Virus record (IMG/VR): IMGVR_UViG_3300046535_002148
Coordinates: 32,001 to 96,000 of that record
Length of the DNA stretch: 64,000 bases
Reading direction: 5' to 3' (one strand)
Origin: a virus
Shown here one piece after another: positions 29,224 through 38,933 of the stretch. Both the position numbers and the translations under genes were made by a program. The notes beneath the pieces are model-generated. The model did not search any database. It was not told where the DNA came from and saw nothing but the letters and a program-made list of their open reading frames with translations. The stretch's first letter is position 1. Each line of letters begins with the position of its first letter.

Positions 29224-29910
29224 TCAGGTCTTGATGATGTGGTACAGCGCGAGGTACGGGTCCTGCGTCGGCACTGCGTTGGGAGTTGCCGATCCGGTCG
29301 TTCCGGTGTTGCTCGGCGTGGTCGAACCGGTGTTGCCCGGTGTCGTGGATGCAGTGGTGCCCGAGACAGTGTGTGTGTGAGCCGAACCAGCGACCGTGAA
29401 GTCCGTGAAAGTACCCGTCGTCTGGCCGACGGGCCGGGTCGTTGCTGTCGGGCTCGCGTCGAAGGCGGTCGCCGCGCTCGCTGGGATCGCATTGCTGCTG
29501 CTCGTGGCGGAGAAGGTGTGCGTGTGCGCGGCCGACGTGTGCGTGTGCGCAGCTGACGTGTGGTCATGCTGGGGCAGCTCGCTGATGGTCAGTGTGTAGC
29601 TCGCAGTGCCACCCACTGCCGCCAAGGCCACGCCGGCCCCCGCGACGGCCGGGTTGTCACCGGCGCCGATCGCAACGCGTTGGCGCATGTCGGGCAGGCG
29701 GAACTCCGTCGCCAGCTCGCCCCCGGTGTTGTACGTCGTGCCGATCACGGCGAACAGCGCCGCGTAGGTGGCCCGCAACTGCTTGGTGCCGTCGCAGATC
29801 AACCAGCCGCTGGGGGCGGTGCTGCCCGCGAACTGCATCATCGCCCCCGGCGGCGTGCTGGCCCCGGGGGGGCTGACCTGGTCCAGGTTCAGGGTGGTGC
29901 CCAATCGCAT
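29224..29910 (-). CDS. Tail-collar domain fibre protein
   Basis: PPGAMMQFAGSTAPSGWLICDG...LFAVIGTTY...FRLPDMR, HxH metal motifs, PYLALYHIIK. Confidence 0.85.
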   Translation of the reverse strand: MRLGTTLNLDQVSPPGASTPPGAMMQFAGSTAPSGWLICDGTKQLRATYAALFAVIGTTYNTGGELATEFRLPDMRQRVAIGAGDNPAVAGAGVALAAVGGTASYTLTISELPQHDHTSAAHTHTSAAHTHTFSATSSSNAIPASAATAFDASPTATTRPVGQTTGTFTDFTVAGSAHTHTVSGTTASTTPGNTGSTTPSNTGTTGSATPNAVPTQDPYLALYHIIKT

Positions 29911-29911
29911 C

Positions 29912-30226
29912 TCAGGCCAGCTGGCCGGAGATCGTCACCTTGTAGCCCTGGGCAGGGCCGGAGCCGCGGTCGACGAAGCGACCGTCACCGTCCTTCCACA
30001 TGGGAAGGACGGTCTCGGTGGCGACGACGTTCTTCTGCAGCTTGAAGCCGTGCGCGTCGGCCGAGGCCTTCCACTCGGCCTTGACCGCGGCGATCACGGC
30101 CTTGCGCTTCTTGTCGGTGTCGAATGCCGCAAGCTCGGCGACCTTGCTGTAGCTCCACATCTGGGGTGCAGGCATGAGGGCGGCGATCCTTTCCTTGATG
30201 GCCTGGATGATGTGCTTCAGATTCAC
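29912..30226 (-). CDS. Hypothetical protein
   Basis: Coupled ORF; shares a WSY...W..A...G pattern with its upstream neighbour. Confidence 0.55.
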   Translation of the reverse strand: MNLKHIIQAIKERIAALMPAPQMWSYSKVAELAAFDTDKKRKAVIAAVKAEWKASADAHGFKLQKNVVATETVLPMWKDGDGRFVDRGSGPAQGYKVTISGQLA

Positions 30227-30723
30227 GGTGTCGTGGTCCCGTCCGGCGACGTCGTCAAATCCGGGAGGGCAGTGGTGACCGGCTGGATGACCTCGCCCAT
30301 GGCCGCAGCGTCGCCGGTGACCTCCTGGATGACACCGGAGGCGTCGATGACGACCTCCAGGCCGTCAGTGCCGGTGCTCGCGCTGGTGTCGACGGCCGGG
30401 TCGGGGAAGGTGACCTCGCCGGTGACGGTGAGCATGAAGGCCTCCGGCTCCACACCGTCGACGGTCTGGTCGTCCAGGACGCCGGTGACCGGTAGCGGCC
30501 ACATCGGGGCGACGGTCTCGATGGTGGTCTCGGGGTTCGGGACGTAGCCGGCGTCGCGGGCCGTCGATTCCCAGTACTGGTGCACGACGGTGGCGAGCTG
30601 GGCTCGCGCTGTCGGGTTGGTCTGCCATTTGGCGGTGGAGAGAAACTCTCCGTAGCTCCACAGCATGACTTCGTATCCCCCTCGGTCCTCGATGGTGAGA
30701 TTCCCTTGTCCTGCGTCGGCCAT
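30223..30723 (-). CDS. Hypothetical protein
   Basis: ATG 30723 overlaps the upstream stop (TGATG). Confidence 0.55.
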   Translation of the reverse strand: MADAGQGNLTIEDRGGYEVMLWSYGEFLSTAKWQTNPTARAQLATVVHQYWESTARDAGYVPNPETTIETVAPMWPLPVTGVLDDQTVDGVEPEAFMLTVTGEVTFPDPAVDTSASTGTDGLEVVIDASGVIQEVTGDAAAMGEVIQPVTTALPDLTTSPDGTTTP

Positions 30724-32027
30724 CAGAAGATCCCTGCCAGTCGCAGGTCGAATGGAGAGCCGACGGACTTCTTCACCTCGATGGCGGCGATGGTGTGCCC
30801 GCCGGCGAAGTTGGTGGTGAAGCCGAGGTTCTTGGCCCCGACTGGGCCGGCGTCGGGGTACCAGGCCGCGTAGGCGGTGTAGTTGCCGGAGCTGTTCGTG
30901 TAGACGATCTCCCCGCCGTTGCCGGCGCTCGGGGTGTAACCGTTCACCGCGTTCCAGACGCGGCTGGTTCCGGCGACGCCGGACCAGTCGGCCATGATCA
31001 CCAGGATGCCGGAGTTCGCCGCGGTGGTGCTCAGGGCCAGCGCGGGCGGCGTCGACCCGGAGCCGGTGGTCAGGGCCGAGGCGCCGGGCACGCCGTTGGC
31101 GAAGCGGGCCACCGCGGTGCCCCAGGTGCCGCCGACGCTGCCGGTCACGGCCTGGGAGTAGGTCCAGGTGGCCCCGGCGGCGACCGGTGCCGACCACAGC
31201 CCGGCGCGGCAGCGCGAGGCGGTGCCCAACTGCTGCTGCTGGGTCCAGGTCACCGCCCCGCCGGTCGGGGTGGCGAAGACCTCGGCGTCCTCCTCGTCCA
31301 TGGACAACGCGACCAGCAGGTCCCCGGCCGCGGCGGTCACCGACACGGTGCGCGGGGAGGTGGTGGCGTTGAACCCGGCGTCGTACTTGCCGAGGTAGGA
31401 CATCGCGCCCCCGCCGCCGACCACCGGGGGGACGTAGTTGACGTGGTCGACGTAACCCGCCGGGGGCACACCGGAGGCCGATTGCAACCACACCAGCGGG
31501 ATGGAGTAGTCCAGGAGGTCCGGGGTCCAGGGGTGCCCGCAGGAGGCGAACTGGGTCCAGTTGGTGCCGTCGGCGCTGTAGTCGTAGTAGAAGTACCCGT
31601 TCGATTCGCGCACCCGCACCCAGTCCGCCGCCGCGACCGGGGCCGAGTCGGTGTAGACGCCACCGGCGATGCGGGTGCGCGCGAACATCGTCGTCCCGGT
31701 GTAGACGACCCCGCAGTAGATGAAGCTGGCGGGCATGTTGGCCAGGTTCACCGCGACCAGCAGGTAGGTGTTGGCCGGCAGCGACGGCCGGTTGGGCACG
31801 TTGTAGAAGATCGAGCTGCCGCGCATGTTGAAACGGCCGTTCGCGTTCACCAACGTGTTGTACGGACTGGCGGAGGCGTCCAGGAGCACCACGCCGTTGG
31901 GCGTCGTGGCCACACCGGAGTAGACGGTCCAGCGACTCAGCGACCCGAAGGAGTCGATGAACTTCTCGATCTTCGGCAGGGTGGAGACGTAGGTGTCGTT
32001 GCGGCCCTCGAGCAGCAGCAGCGTCAC
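30723..32027 (-). CDS. Fibre/receptor-binding-like virion protein
   Basis: GTG 32027 coupled. WVRVRESNGYFYYDYSADGTNW domain is paralogous to 9207-10151; second domain TVSVTAAAGDLLV. Confidence 0.6.
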   Translation of the reverse strand: MTLLLLEGRNDTYVSTLPKIEKFIDSFGSLSRWTVYSGVATTPNGVVLLDASASPYNTLVNANGRFNMRGSSIFYNVPNRPSLPANTYLLVAVNLANMPASFIYCGVVYTGTTMFARTRIAGGVYTDSAPVAAADWVRVRESNGYFYYDYSADGTNWTQFASCGHPWTPDLLDYSIPLVWLQSASGVPPAGYVDHVNYVPPVVGGGGAMSYLGKYDAGFNATTSPRTVSVTAAAGDLLVALSMDEEDAEVFATPTGGAVTWTQQQQLGTASRCRAGLWSAPVAAGATWTYSQAVTGSVGGTWGTAVARFANGVPGASALTTGSGSTPPALALSTTAANSGILVIMADWSGVAGTSRVWNAVNGYTPSAGNGGEIVYTNSSGNYTAYAAWYPDAGPVGAKNLGFTTNFAGGHTIAAIEVKKSVGSPFDLRLAGIF

Positions 32028-33064
32028 AGCGGTTCCTCGGTGTACTCCACCGCGATGGTCCAGCTGCCGCTGGTGCCGATGGCGGTGCCGTTGTTGATCA
32101 CGAGGCCTTCGGCCGCGCCGCGCAGCACCGGGCACTTGGACGGTCGGGTGCCACCGAAGTCCCACGTGACCAGCGTGCCGGTGGTGGCCACCGAGCCACG
32201 CCAGATGCGGACGTTGCCCACCACCGTGCCGGGGGTGGAGGCGACAGTGTACCCGGTGGAGGATGCCGAGCTTGCCGGCTGGGTGCTGTCCACCGCCGCA
32301 ACGTTGGTCGCCGCGGTCGTCCCGCCGGAGTTGGCGGTGCTGCGCTTCTGGACCGTCCAGGTGGTGGTGGTGGCCGCACCGGCGATGCAGAGCACCTCGA
32401 TGCGGGTGACACGAATGAGCTTGGTCGCCGAACCGGACAGGCGGAACACGTCCGAGGCGATCGTGGTGCTCATGTTGGAGACGGAGGCGACGAAGGTGTC
32501 CTTCTGCCCGTCGATGATGGCCACGGTGGGACTGGGGTCGTAGAGGAACGGGCCCTGGGTGATGTAGGCCGCGACGGTTCCCTGCGTGGTGGCAGCCCCG
32601 GTCTGACGCACCCTCACGTACTGGTAGCCCGGGGCGATGTAGTTCCACGCGTACACCCCGTTGGCCGGCAACGTGGTGGTGATGTCGATGCGGGTGCCGT
32701 CGGTGCGGACCGCGTCGATGGGGAACCAGTTGGTGTTGTCCAGGCTGGCCTCGAAGGCGACCGGCACGTTGACCGAACCGCCCGAGGCGAGGATCACGAT
32801 GGTGCCGTTACCAGAGGAACCGATGGCGGTGGACACCGAGATCCCCGAACCGGTCAACGCCCCGGTCACCGTCGCAGCGCCACCGGCGGACCCGGCGAAG
32901 TTGACGTCGAGCATCGTCTTGGACCCGCTGGCGCTGAACGTGGCGATATCGGCGTCACCCACGCCGCCGGGCACCACGACCTGGCGGTGGTCGCCGCCGG
33001 TGACGGTGCGGGTGTCGATGTTCGCACCCGACCCCGGGGTGACTGCAACGGAACCGTCGGCCAT
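32024..33064 (-). CDS. Beta-rich virion protein
   Basis: Gly/Thr/Ser-rich; FEASLDNTNW...YVRVR spike-base-like motif. Confidence 0.55.
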   Translation of the reverse strand: MADGSVAVTPGSGANIDTRTVTGGDHRQVVVPGGVGDADIATFSASGSKTMLDVNFAGSAGGAATVTGALTGSGISVSTAIGSSGNGTIVILASGGSVNVPVAFEASLDNTNWFPIDAVRTDGTRIDITTTLPANGVYAWNYIAPGYQYVRVRQTGAATTQGTVAAYITQGPFLYDPSPTVAIIDGQKDTFVASVSNMSTTIASDVFRLSGSATKLIRVTRIEVLCIAGAATTTTWTVQKRSTANSGGTTAATNVAAVDSTQPASSASSTGYTVASTPGTVVGNVRIWRGSVATTGTLVTWDFGGTRPSKCPVLRGAAEGLVINNGTAIGTSGSWTIAVEYTEEPL

Positions 33065-33076
33065 CAGAAGCCCTTC

Positions 33077-34606
33077 CTAGTACCCACGGACGAATCCGAT
33101 GACGTAGAACAGGTCATCGGCCGAGTCGTAGGTCGCGGTCATGAAGTCCACGGCGCCGGCCGTGCTGGACAGGGTGGCGTTGGCGATGTCGGTGCCGAAA
33201 CGGAACTTGTTGCCCAGCGCCAGCGTGCGGGAGCCGGTCGCGTCCTGCTTGATCTTCCAGAGCAGCTTCTGGCCGTCGACGGCGCCGACCGGGTTGGCCA
33301 GGGTCCGGTTGCCGCCCAGGGTCACGCGGAAGTTGCTGCCCTGGGTGGCGTTGGTGGTGATGGTCGCGGCGTCGGTGAGGGTCACCGGTGCGCTCGGCTG
33401 GGTCCAGCCGTCGACCGGGGCGATCGTCGACATGATGAACTCGGCCATCATGCGGTTGCCGAGATCGTTGAAGTGAACGCCGTCCCCGTAACCGATGCCG
33501 TACGGGTCGGTTCCGGTCAACCCGAAGTAGTCGCCGAGGGCGATGCCCATGTCGATGAGGATCACGGCGCGGGTTGCTGCCGCTGCCTGGATCGCCGTCC
33601 GCGCGGTCTGCCAGGTCCCGGCGTTCGCGCCGTTGAACATCGACGGGATGCACAGGAAGAACGCCGGCAACTTGGCCGAGCAGGCGGTGTTGATGCGGTC
33701 GATGATCGTGGCGAGGTCCGCTTGGAGCTGGGCCGGGGTGCGACTCTGCGCGATGTCGTTGGTACCCAGGTTGAGAATCACCGCATCCGGTGCGACCGCC
33801 GCGATGCTCGCATCCCAGGTGTTGGTGCCCGCAGCTACGAAGTCCGAGGCCTTGTAGCCGGCGTGTGAGGCGTCCCAGACCCGGACGCCGGTGGACTCGT
33901 CGCCGTTGTAGACGTACACACCTTCGATGATCGAGGTGGTACTGGCGCCGGTGTTGATGATCGTGAGGGTGTGGCTGCCGGCCGTCAGGTTGCGGATCTG
34001 GACCTTGCGCCCGCCGATGGAGGTGGCGTTCGCGGAGTCGACGACCGTGGCGCTGCCGCCGTCGATGGCCCAGGAGAACGTCCCGAGCCCGGTGCCCTGG
34101 GCGAAGAAGATGTCGGCCCCGGTGCCGGTGAACGTGTAGGTGACCGTCTTGCCTGTGGAGGTCAACCAGGAGTCGCGCATGCCGAGGCCGAAGCCGACGC
34201 CCGCGACGTACCCGGACGGGTTGGAGTAGACCGGGTTGGTGGTCCACGTCGTACTGAAGCCGTACTGGGACGGCAGATAGCCCGACCTCCCGGACACCCC
34301 CAGCTTGTTGCCGAGGGTGGTGGCGAGTTGGTCGGCGTACCGCTTGGCCTTCGCTGAGACGTAAGCGCCTTCGGAGATGGAGTCACCCATCACGACGATG
34401 TCGACGCTCTTGCGGGCGATGGCTGCCGTCAACGGCCGGAACGTGGCGCGGTCCCCGTTGCCAGGAGTGACCGGGACGATGATCCCGTTGGGCTGGCGGA
34501 CCTTCACCACGCCGTTCTCGGCATACAGCAGCGCGCCCCCGGTCGGACTGGACCCGGGGGCGGACCCGACGTTCGCCAGGTGCTGGACCGCCTTGATGAA
34601 CTTCAT
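33077..34606 (-). CDS. Virion-associated SGNH/GDSL esterase
   Basis: Blocks VMGDSISEG, HAG, NLGTND, DGVHFN; C-terminal FRVTLGGNRTLANP...IKQDATGSRTL fibre domain. Confidence 0.85.
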   Translation of the reverse strand: MKFIKAVQHLANVGSAPGSSPTGGALLYAENGVVKVRQPNGIIVPVTPGNGDRATFRPLTAAIARKSVDIVVMGDSISEGAYVSAKAKRYADQLATTLGNKLGVSGRSGYLPSQYGFSTTWTTNPVYSNPSGYVAGVGFGLGMRDSWLTSTGKTVTYTFTGTGADIFFAQGTGLGTFSWAIDGGSATVVDSANATSIGGRKVQIRNLTAGSHTLTIINTGASTTSIIEGVYVYNGDESTGVRVWDASHAGYKASDFVAAGTNTWDASIAAVAPDAVILNLGTNDIAQSRTPAQLQADLATIIDRINTACSAKLPAFFLCIPSMFNGANAGTWQTARTAIQAAAATRAVILIDMGIALGDYFGLTGTDPYGIGYGDGVHFNDLGNRMMAEFIMSTIAPVDGWTQPSAPVTLTDAATITTNATQGSNFRVTLGGNRTLANPVGAVDGQKLLWKIKQDATGSRTLALGNKFRFGTDIANATLSSTAGAVDFMTATYDSADDLFYVIGFVRGY

Positions 34607-36186
34607 CAGCCGGCGACGGTGACCCGCAGAGCAGCTGCCGAGTATGCGAAGTCCGAGGTGACGCCGATGGAGTTCGCGTCGATCACGCGGACCCCGAGCT
34701 CGACCAATGCACCACCGGTCGTCTCCTTGAACGCGGGCGGCAGGATGTCGGTGGTGTTGAGGTTGTGAGTGACCGTCACCTCGACACCGGCGGTCAAAGC
34801 GACCATGTCGGCGGCGTACTTGCCGAGGGTGCCGAGGTTGGCCCGGGCAGCCGCGGCGGTGGTGGCGCCGGTGCCACCGTTGGCGATGGCGATCGTGGTG
34901 CCGTTCCAGGTACCGGTCGCGATCGTGCCGAGCGTGGTGATCGAGGTCTGGCCCGCGTAGGTGGCGGCGATGTCGATCGTGGCGCCGGAGACGGTGACCC
35001 GGTTGGTGGTGCCGGTGTAGGTGGTCCCGGCCGCGCCCCACTGGTTGATCGCCAACGACGTGGTGCCGAGGGTGATCGGGTTCGGGGTCGAGACCTTCCA
35101 CTGGCTCGCGCCGTAGGTGGTGCCCTCCTCCACCATCCAGAACGCCTCGGAACTGACGGTGTCCGTGGCGCGGGACCAGGCCCCGGCCGCGGCGACGTAC
35201 GGGCCGTTCTGGCTGGCGGTGGTCTGCCCGACCGCGAGGACGCGGTCACCGGCGATCGGGGTGACGCCGTCGATCGCCGCCAGGCCCGACAGCCCCAGGT
35301 TGCCGGTCGCGACCAGGCGCACGCTCGGCTTGTTGTCGATGCCGGCCTGCGCGGCCTGGAGATCGGCGAGTCGCACGGCGTCGGAGGTCTGGACCGGGGC
35401 GCCCAGACCAGTGAGGATCTGGCCGTTCATGTTGACGCTGGCCGTCGGTACGGCGACCTGGTCCAGCCGGTAGTTGCCCGGCATCGCCTGGGTTGCGCCG
35501 TTGCCCAGGGTGCGCAGGGATGCGAGGCCGGCGATGCCGTCCTTGTTCGCTGCGGCGATGTTGACGTCGGTGATCGTGGCCGCGGCGATCTTGACACCGG
35601 CCCCTGCCGGTCCGCCGGTGACAGACCCGTCGGTCGGCACACGCTGGTCCGACAGGCGGGAGTCGTTACCGGCGGCAGCCTGCGCGGCCCCGGTGCCGAG
35701 GGTTCGCAGTGAGGCGACGCCCGCTGCACCGTCCTTGTTGGCCGCGGCGATCTGAACGTCGGTGATCGTGGCGCTGGCGATGTTCGCCGCGGTGATGGTG
35801 GCCGCAGCGATCTTGACCCCGGCACCAGCGGTGCCACCGGTGACCGAGGCGTCGGTGGGGACACGCTGGTCAGAAAGACGCGCGTCGTTGCCGACGGTCA
35901 CCGTGGACGCGGTGGAGCCGAGTGGGATCTGCGCGATCGGGACCGTGCCACCCGCGCCGAGTGATGCGTAACCGTTCGCGACGCCCTTGTTGGTCAGCAG
36001 TTCGGCGCCGGTCAACGACGAGAGGACCCAGGAACCGTTCTCATAGACCTTGAAACGGTTGACGCTGGTGTCGTACCAGAGCTGACCGTTGACCGGGGAC
36101 GACGGCGCGGACGATGCCGACTCGGGCACAAGCCCGAGGACCGGGATCTTCCGGTGGTCGTACTGGACGGAGATCTTCTTGGCCAC
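34606..36186 (-). CDS. Fibre/decoration protein with internal duplication
   Basis: KGVANGYASL, NDxRLSD twice, IDGVT..AGDRVL..GQT..QNGPY, IANGGTGATTAAAARANLG, VTHNL fibre motifs. Confidence 0.75.
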   Translation of the reverse strand: MAKKISVQYDHRKIPVLGLVPESASSAPSSPVNGQLWYDTSVNRFKVYENGSWVLSSLTGAELLTNKGVANGYASLGAGGTVPIAQIPLGSTASTVTVGNDARLSDQRVPTDASVTGGTAGAGVKIAAATITAANIASATITDVQIAAANKDGAAGVASLRTLGTGAAQAAAGNDSRLSDQRVPTDGSVTGGPAGAGVKIAAATITDVNIAAANKDGIAGLASLRTLGNGATQAMPGNYRLDQVAVPTASVNMNGQILTGLGAPVQTSDAVRLADLQAAQAGIDNKPSVRLVATGNLGLSGLAAIDGVTPIAGDRVLAVGQTTASQNGPYVAAAGAWSRATDTVSSEAFWMVEEGTTYGASQWKVSTPNPITLGTTSLAINQWGAAGTTYTGTTNRVTVSGATIDIAATYAGQTSITTLGTIATGTWNGTTIAIANGGTGATTAAAARANLGTLGKYAADMVALTAGVEVTVTHNLNTTDILPPAFKETTGGALVELGVRVIDANSIGVTSDFAYSAAALRVTVAG

Positions 36187-36201
36187 CGCCGTTCTTCCTT
36201 T

Positions 36202-36618
36202 CTAGTAGAGGATCTGGACGACGCCGGCCTCGGGGTAGAACCATTCGAGGAGCACCGTGTTCTCGTCGAGGACGACTGGGTCGCCCTCCTTCTCCGTGAC
36301 CCCGTCGAGCTCGAAAGCCGTGATCTCGACTGCACGGGTGTTGAGTCCGTGGTTGACCACCCACTCGGCAGTGGCCGCGGCGAAGGTGACGTACATGTGG
36401 CGGGCCCCGGCCGCGCCGTCGACGCCGGGCAGGCCCTGGGCGCCTTGCGGACCGGCGATGCCTTGCGGTCCAGCGGGCCCGGTGGTGCCCTGCGGGCCCA
36501 GAGGTCCGGGGATGCCGCGGGGGCCGGTGTTGTAGAGGACAGTCCACGGCGAGGCCGGGTCCTCCTGGCGGACCTCGACCTGCTCGTCGCCGGTGACGGT
36601 GACGTTGATGTCAGCCAC
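36202..36618 (-). CDS. Collagen-like virion protein
   Basis: Gly-X-Y run ([13 protein letters not shown]...) followed by WVVNHGL. Confidence 0.7.
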   Translation of the reverse strand: MADINVTVTGDEQVEVRQEDPASPWTVLYNTGPRGIPGPLGPQGTTGPAGPQGIAGPQGAQGLPGVDGAAGARHMYVTFAAATAEWVVNHGLNTRAVEITAFELDGVTEKEGDPVVLDENTVLLEWFYPEAGVVQILY

Positions 36619-36964
36619 GGGTCACTGCCGGGCGGAACTCGACGTCGCCCTCGATCAGCCGGACGACCTCGGAGGCGTCGGCGATCGTGTGCAGCTCGAG
36701 GTCGTAGACGCCCTTCTTGGCGGAGATGGTGTCGGTGACGTCTGCGCCGATCCACAGCATCAGGGCGCCTGGGACGGCCTCGATGCGTCCGTTGGCGAGG
36801 TTGAGGGTGAGCAGCGGATCGGGGTCGCTCAGGCGCTGCCGGATCTGCATGACCGGCGAGATGCCGACGAAGCTCATGGGCGAGCCGTCGGCGTTGTAGC
36901 AAGCGATCGTCTTGCGGAAGGTCGCGCCGACCTCGATGACGAGCTTCACCCTCGCGGCGGTCAT
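36611..36964 (-). CDS. Fibre-anchoring/upper-baseplate-like small protein
   Basis: LVIEVGATF...MQIR...GVYDLEL...RLIEG pattern common in phage fibre clusters. Confidence 0.55.
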   Translation of the reverse strand: MTAARVKLVIEVGATFRKTIACYNADGSPMSFVGISPVMQIRQRLSDPDPLLTLNLANGRIEAVPGALMLWIGADVTDTISAKKGVYDLELHTIADASEVVRLIEGDVEFRPAVTRG

Positions 36965-37021
36965 CCGACCTCCGCGCGCACCAGTCCCGTCATCCTCGGT
37001 GTATCGACCGGGCGCGGCACC

Positions 37022-37687
37022 TCAGGAAAAGGCGTTCAGGTGCATGTCCAGGCAAGTGCCGAGCCAATGTCCATATGCCGGGGGCAAGGCCTCCCGCAGC
37101 TCGAAGTGATCGTCGATCCAGTCGATCTGCTTGGCGACCTGGATCTCCTCGACGGTGGCCTTGCCGCCGCCCTCGCCGTACGCCGCAACGTATGGACCGT
37201 CGTAATAGACGCCGTGACGCCAGCCGCGGACCCGGCCGCGGTGCGGGACGTGGGTGGGCTTGTCGGTGGTCCAGTTGCCCAGCTCGAAGTAACGGTGCAT
37301 CAGGACCCCGAGGCCGAACATCTCCCCGCACAGCGTGATGTCCTTGCGCACCGGGGCGCCCTGCACGTTCTCGATGACCCAAGGGATGTCGTAGCGCTGG
37401 AGGAACTCGCGGGTCGGCCCGATCAGGTCGACGTGGTTGTGAGGCCGGTCCTTGTTCGTCCCCTTGGTCGGGGCCGAGTGGATCTGACAGGGCGGGCTGG
37501 CGTGGATGGCGTCGAAGCGGTCGACGAACCAGCTGCTGGACAGGACCTCGAGGGCGTCGGCCTGGATGAACTCGAAGGGGTAGCTCGGGCGCGGTTCGAT
37601 GTCGACGCCGACGACCTCCCAGCCGGCGCGGGCGTAGCCGACCGCCCCTCCCCCGGCACAACAGAACAGATCGAGCAGCCGCGGCAC
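37022..37687 (-). CDS. Compact C5-cytosine DNA methyltransferase
   Basis: LDLFCCAGG (motif I), HASPPCQ (IV), IENV (VI), EALPPAY (X-like). Confidence 0.88.
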   Translation of the reverse strand: MPRLLDLFCCAGGGAVGYARAGWEVVGVDIEPRPSYPFEFIQADALEVLSSSWFVDRFDAIHASPPCQIHSAPTKGTNKDRPHNHVDLIGPTREFLQRYDIPWVIENVQGAPVRKDITLCGEMFGLGVLMHRYFELGNWTTDKPTHVPHRGRVRGWRHGVYYDGPYVAAYGEGGGKATVEEIQVAKQIDWIDDHFELREALPPAYGHWLGTCLDMHLNAFS

Positions 37688-37694
37688 TGATCTC

Positions 37695-37820
37695 CTACGG
37701 GTTGGGTGAGCGCACGACGGCGCAGAGGATCTCGGTGGCCTCCTCGCGGCTGAAGCCGCTCTGGATCAGCAGCTCGTGGAAGCGCTTGAGCTGCTTGGCC
37801 GTGGACTCGTGCGGACGCAT
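37695..37820 (-). CDS. Small protein (41 aa), probably leaderless
   Basis: Hand translation MRPHESTAKQLKRFHELLIQSGFSREEATEIL...; TACCGT -10 lies 6 nt before the ATG. Confidence 0.55.
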   Translation of the reverse strand: MRPHESTAKQLKRFHELLIQSGFSREEATEILCAVVRSPNP

Positions 37821-37895
37821 CGGACGACGGTATGACGTCGCGTCAGTTCCTCGTGGGGGCGCAGTTTTCTCCCGAGCCGGCTTGGGAGTTTGCTG

Positions 37896-38060
37896 TCAGT
37901 GGGTCTGTGCGTAGTCGTGGATGTGGACCAGCACCAGCAGGAGCAGGCCCAGGGCGATCCAGTTGATCTGCCTGGCCCGGGCCGGCATCCCCACGTCGAT
38001 CGTGGCGATCCCGAAGGCGATGGCGGCGAAGATCCAGAGGATCAGGTCGATGGTGTCCAT
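37896..38060 (-). CDS. Small two-TM membrane protein
   Basis: MDTIDLILWIFAAIAFGIA...INWIALGLLLLVLV. Confidence 0.6.
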   Translation of the reverse strand: MDTIDLILWIFAAIAFGIATIDVGMPARARQINWIALGLLLLVLVHIHDYAQTH

Positions 38061-38872
38061 GCCAAGACATCGACCGGGGCGTCGATGCCGACGACATCCG
38101 ACTGCTGCTTGAGGTAGCGGATCGCGGCTTCCAACTTCTCGACGGAGTCGCGGAACAACCCCAAGCCGTTGTTGCACCCGTGGCAGAGCAAACCCCGGAT
38201 GCACTTGCCGCAGGTCTTCGTCGGGTGCGCGCAGCAGGCGTGGTCATGATCGACCACCGGCTCCAACATCGCCTCCGAGCAGATCGCGCACCGACCCTGC
38301 TGAGCGATGAGCATCGCGGCCCAGGCGTCCGGCGTGAGACCGAACTTCTTGGAAAGGTGCGAGTGCCACGAGATCACGCGCAACTGCACCGCGCGATCTC
38401 GTCCATGCACTTCGGTACAGGTAGCGCAGCGGTACTGCCAACCAGCACCGCGCCGGTGGTAGTCGTCCAGCGGCTTCACGATCCCGCAGTTGGTGCACCG
38501 ACGAAGGCCCTGGTTGAGCAACGCCACGCGCTGACGTCTGAGCGCGCCAACTTGAGGATCTGCAACCTCTCGCGCGTCCCTGCGCCGTTCGGTCTGCGCC
38601 GCCGTGTCCGCCGATCGCTTGCAACGAGTCGAGCAGTAGACCCGGTCTGGACCGCTACCGCTCATCCACTCCATGCGCGCCCCACAGATGGCGCAGTCCG
38701 CCGTCCGCTTCTCGGGGCGCTCCCGGGTCCGGTCGTTGTAGGCCTTCTGGTAGACGGCGCGACAGGGCTTGCACCAGGACCCGCGTGCCGCCCGCTCGTT
38801 GATGCCGCACTTCGTGCACAACGAAGCCCCCGCCGGTCCGACGGGGGCTTCGTTCGTTTCGATGATCGTCAT
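38042..38872 (-). CDS. Endonuclease VII-family (homing) endonuclease with Zn-fingers
   Basis: QQGRCAIC...VDHDH...IRGLLCHGCNNGLG..RD...AAIRYL. Confidence 0.88.
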   Translation of the reverse strand: MTIIETNEAPVGPAGASLCTKCGINERAARGSWCKPCRAVYQKAYNDRTRERPEKRTADCAICGARMEWMSGSGPDRVYCSTRCKRSADTAAQTERRRDAREVADPQVGALRRQRVALLNQGLRRCTNCGIVKPLDDYHRRGAGWQYRCATCTEVHGRDRAVQLRVISWHSHLSKKFGLTPDAWAAMLIAQQGRCAICSEAMLEPVVDHDHACCAHPTKTCGKCIRGLLCHGCNNGLGLFRDSVEKLEAAIRYLKQQSDVVGIDAPVDVLAWTPST

Positions 38873-38933
38873 GCAGGGTCTGTCGACCCAGTTACCCGCT
38901 CAGTCAAGTTTCATCGTGAGCAAGCAGTCCGTA

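Noticed and set aside
12190-36615. TGACG-N4-TGTCA variants (~12191, ~29179, ~36598)
   Set aside because: Wrong spacing and a mismatch relative to the main palindrome; compatible with chance.
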